64,000 bases of DNA, taken from assembly GCA_964016885.1 (NCBI GenBank), contig OZ024741.1:239382001-239446000 (forward strand), given 5' to 3'. The notes under the pieces are model-generated. The model did no database searches. It had not been told where the DNA came from and was given only the letters and a program-made list of their open reading frames with translations. This document shows, piece by piece, positions 57,103 to 64,000 of this stretch. Positions within the stretch are counted from its first letter, which is position 1, and every line of letters begins with the position of its first letter. The stretch is from Eledone cirrhosa. Taxonomy: Eukaryota. Made by a program: the position numbers and the translations under genes.

Positions 57103-57253
57103 CTGACATTGCTGGTATTTCTTCATACTGTCTACTTGACCTTTCACTCCAGCACTGTCCACTACTCTTACGACTGGTTAATGTATCAGTGGGATAGTTA
57201 GAAGATGGTCTGTTGTCTCCATAAGATGTCACCTCTATAGGTTGACTGTATTT
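57103..57253 (-). CDS. Pcdh: Protocadherin F, cytoplasmic exon 2
   Basis: 151-nt paralogous exon; CAACAG acceptor. Confidence 0.88.
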
Positions 57254-58321
57254 CTGTTGTAAAATATTGTTAAGGATAGAATTTTTGAATGTAGACTTAA
57301 AATATCTTCAATTTCTAGCTAAAAATGGGTGTTAAAATATTGGATCAATATAAACAAAAACATCAATTCTATAGATCCTCATCTGACCACTTTCATTCAT
57401 ACCATAGAAAATGTATCCAGTACAATTTATTCTAAGGTTTTAGATGTTGCAAAAAGTGATTTTAAAGCGTAATATATTTCGAAAAGATATCTAGTAATAC
57501 AAGCTATGTCAATCAAAGGGTTGAAAGCAATCATTGTTGTGTTAACAACATAATCTTACATGTAATGGTGCAACAATAAAACCTACCCAGTACACCCAAA
57601 TAAAGTGGTTGGTGATAAAAAGGGAAACCAGATGTTGCATCAATGTCAAAATTGGAATATATACTAGCAAGATATGGTCCCTGAGTCATCTGGGAGAACA
57701 GTAGTTCAGATTAAATACTGACTTCGTCTGTAATAACCCAGTTAACCCATCTTATCGAGGGAAAACAGGCGTTAAATGATAATGGTGATCCCACAGAAGA
57801 AGAAAATAAACAAGGCACTTTAGGCTTTCCTTTATTGGTGATAGTCAAAATTTATATTTTGAGTGAGTTGTTGGTACAAAATTGGTGTCATAGTAGTCGG
57901 GGAAATTCACTGGTTACTATAAAGAAATACATTTTACAAAGGTATCAGAATTATGCAGCATTGTGTGGTTCCACAATGGTAGCTAAAATCCAATTGGCAA
58001 GTCTTAAGTTACTCTAACTAAAAATGAAATGGTTCTGGTTCTACAATATATGAATACAACATGGATTCTCATGTCAGTTGCCTTGTTAGGAATTCATTGA
58101 CCAACAAGTTACAAAGAGCAACTCATAGATTACTTAATAATTGATTAGGTAATATTTCTAAATTGTGATACATTATCACCAAGATATTCTAAAAAAAAAA
58201 AAAACTATGTGCAATTAAAAACTGTACATAAATTGCTAATTTAAGAAGTAAACATGAAATTTATGATATTCAATTATATTCTTCTTAATTTACAAATTGT
58301 AAAAAAACAAATAGACTTTAC

Positions 58322-60673
58322 CTTTGTAGATTTCTGAAGAGATCTGTTCATTGTTGATGTCTTCCAGTCTTCAGGATAGTAATGGCTTCTAGACTGACTA
58401 TATCTGTCTGATATCTCTCCTCGATTACCTGACATCACAGATACACTGTTGTTACCTTGATAGATCAACTGTCTCATCTCATTACGACATTGGTATGCCT
58501 GTTTCTCTTCTGTTGTTCTAGCTGAGTTATTTCTCACATTGTTACATCTCACAATACACAATGTTATAGAAACCACAATAGCAATAGATACTATCACAGC
58601 TGCTACTACAATGATAATCAACAATGTTGCATCTATTGTGTTATCAGTTGGTACATGGACAGCTGTGAACATTGGTGATGTCTTGTTACTAACAGTCAGT
58701 GTTAAAGAGACACTAGTTGTTGCTGACAGAACTGGAGTACCACTGTCTTTCACAACAAACTCCAGTTGATATGATCCGGCATCATTTTGGTAAACTGTGC
58801 GAGAGTAAGATAAGACACCAGTGAATGAGTCCAGTTTAAATAACTGTCTCTCATTACCTGAAACGATTTCATACCTGAGAAAAGCATTCATGTGACTGTC
58901 TATATCAGAGGCTTTCAGAAGTGTGATGTCATTCTTACTTTGTGGATGATAGTGGACATCAAGAGTGAAAGGGTCAACACTAGGAAATGTAAAATATGGA
59001 GTATTATCATTTTTATCTAATACTTCCACTTCAACATTCACTGTGTTATTTAGAGATGGTGTTCCATTGTCTTTGACAAAAACCTCAAAGTCATAGAAAT
59101 CTCTGTGTTCTCTGTCTAAAGACTGGTTTGTTGAAATAAAGCCAGAGTTGATAATCTGGAATGGTAGACGATATTGGTGTTTATTTCTCAGATAATAACT
59201 TAATTCACCTCCCTTACCAACATCTGGGTCTGTAGCATTGATAAAACCAATAGGGAAATTAGCTTTGTCATTCTCATAGGTAAGGAACTTGAATGTATCT
59301 TTGGTAAAGTGTGGTTTTACATCATTCACATCTAAGACTTGTATTGAGAGATCTTTATCAGTTTTCAGAGAAGGTAATCCTTTATCTTGACAAGAGACAG
59401 TAAAGTGATAATGTTCCCGTGTCTCTCTGTCTACTGCTTTCTTTAGAACTATTTTATATTCCTTAGATCCCATTGACTGTAGTTTGAATGTATCATGTTT
59501 GATATTACAGCTGACTTCTCCATTGTGTCCAACATCATTGTCAGTGACCATCACATAAGCAATGAAACTACCAACTTTGATATCTTCCAGAATGGTAGCT
59601 GTGTTATGATTCTCTGTAGAAATGTAGTTGACATCAATATTTGGAGGATTGTTGTGTTGGTTGATAACATTTACCAGAACAGTTGCTATGGCACTGAGTG
59701 GTGGACTGCCATTATCTCTGGCTTCAATATATAATTTTAAAAATTCTTCTTTATCAATTTCTGAAGATTTAGCTAAATATAACTTTCCTGTATTTTCATC
59801 TAAATTAAAGTATCTTTTCATTTTCTCTGCAGTTTTCGTAGCAAAATAGAAAGATATTTTACCATTCCTGCCAATATCTAAATCATTGGCAGATAATGTC
59901 ACGACTGGAATATTCTTTTTATGCTTATGTTCTATAGAGACATTGTAGATACTTTGAGAAAACTGTGGTTTATTATCATTTTCATCTTCTACAGATATTT
60001 TAACATTCAAAATACTTTGTTTTGGTGGAGTTCCTCCATCTTTAGCAATAATTTCAATATTGTAACTGTCTTTCTTTTCTCTGTCTAATTTATCTTCTAA
60101 AATAATTTCTAACGTTGATATTCCACCTGCTTGTTTGGAAACACTTAATGAAAATTGTCCTTCATTATCAAGAAGCTCATATTTAATTAGACTGTTCTCA
60201 TATCCCACATCTTTATCAACCGCATTGGGTATTGATCTCTTGGTGTTTTTACTATCAGTTTCAGAAAACTGAATATTGACTTGTTCTGTTGGAAACTCAG
60301 GTTGGTGGTCATTGATGTCTTCTATTATGACTTTAATTTTCAATATCTTCATAAATGTCTTGGATTTGTGAACAGCAACTTTCACTATTTCAAAACATTC
60401 TTTCTCATAACTACACACAGACTCAGCATCCAATGTCTGAACAGTGTACAGTTTACCTGTTTTTGTCACATTAAACAATTGTTCTCCCTTTTGTTGTAGT
60501 TGACTAAATGTAATTAAATCCTTATTCTTTAAGAAGGAGCTATCTGATGTCTGTAAGTCAGTAGCAATGTCCCCTACATAAGTATAGGGATTACTCTCTT
60601 CTTTAACATGGTATGTGATATGTTCACTTAGATAACAGTGGAAGAAAGTCAGCAAAATACACAGAAATAACAT
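58322..60673 (-). CDS. Pcdh: Protocadherin F, large exon (784 codons)
   Basis: 6 EC + TM ORF; donor AAG|GTAAAG; acceptor at 60722. Confidence 0.96.
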
Positions 60674-62225
60674 CTCTGCTCTTGATGTTATCCTCAGAAA
60701 TTAGAATTCCAAATATTCCAACTGAAAGAAAAAGATTTAATATATTAATGTGAAGTGAATAGAGTGTTATAAACATGGAAACAACATTATACCGTAGCTC
60801 CTCAAATTGTGTGTGGTCTGTATAATACATCACAAAAAAGAGCAAAGCTCATATTCTTAATATGACATAGAAATAGACCACATTATATATATATATATAT
60901 ACACAAATCATCGTTTAAGATCTATTTCCCTTCCAGCATGAGTTAGATTAGCTGCCCCATAATGAGACAAGCCAGGTTGGATGATTGTCTTGCTCATACA
61001 GAATTAAATTTGGCTAGATTTCTACAGCTGGATACCCTTCCTAACGCCAATCACACAGTAACAATGGGATAATATACAATTTTATTTTGCATAGTTTTAC
61101 ATTGATTTTACAAAATTTAGGTATTAACATTTTGAATTATGGAAACAAATCATTCACCATTTTATTGTCTGTCATTTTTTATATTTGCAGTAGATATGGA
61201 GTATAAAAAGGTGCAGTGCACTCAAAGTTTATGGAAGCCATGGAGTGGGAAGACGCAGGAAGAATTAGGATGAGGTGATAAAAGCTGACGTTGCTCAATT
61301 GCACCTATCAAAAGTGATGACACAGGATCGAGATCTCTAGCGTTTGCAGTCATATAGAAGACCCACGTTCCCATGAGCCCCGACTGAAACATACATCTAG
61401 TATGCACCACCTCCACTCTTTCTATTTACCTCCCACGTCCTAACATTCCACCCCTCAAACACACCCAAATATCCAACTCCCTAATCCCCACACAACTCTC
61501 CCACCAAATACACCAGACCACACTGTAAAGTTATTATGATGGCAACATGACAGACAGCACCCAGCCCATCCGAAACTGTAAAGTTGTCATGTAGGTGTCA
61601 GGACAAAAAGCACGAAGTCCACACTGTAAAGTGGTCATGTAGGCATCACAACAAAAAGCAACCAGTACTCACTGTAAATGAGATTGGAGTTAAGAAGGGA
61701 AACTAGCTGTAGAAATCAAGCCAAAATCAGTTCTGTGTGAGCAAGAAATGGTCACCTGACCTGGCATTTCTCACAAGACAATTCATCTAACCTATGCTAG
61801 CATGGAAAAATAGACGTTAAATGGTAATGATGATGGAGTATATTTCCAGATAAGCAGTCTATAATAAACACACTAACATGGGTAAACCTAAGATATATTA
61901 CATTATTCGACAAATAAATATAAGATAGCTGTATTGTGAGCCTGAGCATAGCTACATCACATCGATGATAGATTCAACGTCTATTATACATATTTTGATA
62001 TAGGAATTTGAAATTGGCTGTATCCAATAAATGGGATTTCAATGGAACATACTGAGGCAGAAAATTATTGATTTCTAACTTAGACACAAGGCTAGCAAAT
62101 TCGGAGGAGGCCAAAGTTGATTAAATTAACCTAATACTTAACTGGCATTTTATTTTATTAACCCAGGAAGGATCAACGGTAAAGTTAACCTCAGAAATGA
62201 TTCATTTGGAAATAAATAGGAATAG

Positions 62226-62240
62226 TTTGAATTATCTCCC
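62226..62240 (-). promoter_or_regulatory. Conserved upstream motif (gene F copy)
   Basis: TTTGAATTATCTCCC in diverged flanks. Confidence 0.6.
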
Positions 62241-63344
62241 CTCTATATATACTACTAAGTTACATATTTAACAAAACAAAGCTTACACTATAATATAACT
62301 TGACAATAGATATATATTGACTTATTACTGTTAATATTAAATTTATATTTTAAACTCAAAAACATTTTATGATAATATTTTTGTTCAATAAATCTCTTCC
62401 CCAAAATAAAACATACTATTTTGTAATCAACTCTACCTGATGTCAAGTTATAATCTTAACATCTTGGATATCTCCAATCTTTAGCTAGAACTAATTTTGC
62501 ATATAAAACCAAATATATTTTTTAAATAAATATCAAATTTTACATTATGACAATGCAAAATATATTTGCAGAAAAAAAATAATTGGACAAGATGCATTTG
62601 TTTCCTATACTTGAAATGTAACATTAGGTGAAAAAAATTTAAAACAAATTCTTATAAATTTGTTTGCAATAACTTATTCAAAAAGAGGAATAAAATAATT
62701 GGCACAAGATTTCTAAATCATATTGTTATTTAGTCATCTAGATGAATATTTTTTATATCAAACTTACAAGATAGATGTTATTTAACACTATCTAGTAGAT
62801 ATGTCATCAAAAGCATTCCAGTTATGACCACAGCCCCAATTTATTGGTCATCTAAGTGATACAACAAAAATATGACAGATCAGATGCGTGTATGAATAGA
62901 TAACAGGCAACAATATCAATATTCTTAAATATTTAAGGCCAAAAATTCTGCATTTCTTTGCTAAATTAACCTATAATAATTTTTTTAAAACATGGTTGGC
63001 AATAGTTGAAGTATCAAATATTTCGTATATGTTAACACAAATGTATCAAGAAACATATTTATGAATAAGCAAATCATCCACTGATATATATAAAGCATAT
63101 TTGTAACTTAAATCATTCAAATGAATAATTTACAAAAAAGAAAGAAATAAGCCTAATTTTAACATGAAATTATAGGAATCGGTAGATTTATACATACTGA
63201 AGATTTACAAACATTCACAGATTTCATGTATACACACATACACAATCTATATTTAGTATGTACTAAGGCCATTCAATGTCTGACTGACTAATTCAGTAAA
63301 AATATATAATGATGTGTTATATTGAAATATAATAAACAAGAAAA

Positions 63345-64000
63345 ATATAGTAAATACATCAAAGATGACAGCAAATATTTCCAGAAGTATGTTATATAAA
63401 TCTACAATTGAACATATATTCCTCTCCCTCACTGTTTCTTACAAAATACTTGATAGCCATGTTGGTAAAGGAGACATTCAATGAGAACTAACACAGATCT
63501 AATATGGCCACCATTACAATATTATATTTTGATGTTATAATATAGCTATATATGAGGTTATTATTTTACATGACTGGATAAATAATATAGAATATTAAAA
63601 CTTACATCATTGTGTAAAATCCTTTGTTATAAACTGTGAGTTGGTCCCAATGTTCTGTTGTTAATGGTTGTCTGTGTCACTGCTGCTATGGTGTGACAAT
63701 GGCTTCATGTTGATGGAATAGTGTTGGTAGTGAGTCAGTGGGAACCAGCAGTTCCCCTCAGTCTTCTGTGTATGTGTGATGTTTACTGAGTGTGAGTGTG
63801 TGTATGGGAGAGAGAGGTGGGGGAGGGTGATGATCACTCCAGCCTCACTCAGACTAGATGCGTTTCCCCTCACAGAGAAGAGGGAGAGAGAGAGAAGACA
63901 CAATATCAGCTCCACTAACAGTCAGCCATAATATGTCTATATAATACCAACATGTCTGATGTAGAGAGACTGACATAGAAATACTTAGAAAATAGAGGTT
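63345..64000 (-). other. 3' conserved block of a seventh Pcdh unit (G) whose coding exons lie beyond the window
   Basis: Near-identical to the blocks downstream of genes B-F. Confidence 0.8.

Noticed and set aside
1-64000. Array as an artefactual assembly expansion, or CRISPR-like or prokaryotic systems
   Set aside because: Each unit has distinct introns, TE insertions and EC2-EC3 sequence; the DNA is spliceosomal-intron eukaryotic with no repeat-spacer array.

Overview
Eukaryotic, AT-rich genomic DNA. It is inferred to be coleoid cephalopod (probably octopus) from the protocadherin type and the SINE/RTE repeats. The window holds a head-to-tail tandem array of protocadherin (Pcdh) genes on the minus strand: six complete coding units (A-F, left to right) and the 3' non-coding end of a seventh (G). 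Each unit has one ~2.35 kb exon (signal peptide, 6 cadherin repeats, TM, proximal tail), its own 151-nt and 119-nt cytoplasmic coding exons, and a conserved ~0.7 kb 3' block (outside the window for A). Predicted proteins are ~871-874 aa. Main observations: (1) every big exon starts at a splice acceptor 48-57 nt before the ATG, I see no conserved first exon or donor between genes, and each unit has one copy of a 15-bp motif (gene strand GGGAGATAATTCAAA) upstream of its acceptor, suggesting a per-gene choice element and possibly a shared leader exon; (2) EC2-EC3 are hypervariable and mosaic while the rest is homogenised; (3) gene E is a chimera with a stranded original 5' end. Intervening DNA holds CR1, RTE, CRE and Penelope (with a hammerhead ribozyme) retroelements, a non-autonomous LTR element, MITEs, SINEs and hairpins. 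All comparisons were made by eye. Exon boundaries come from splice signals conserved across paralogs, not from transcript data.
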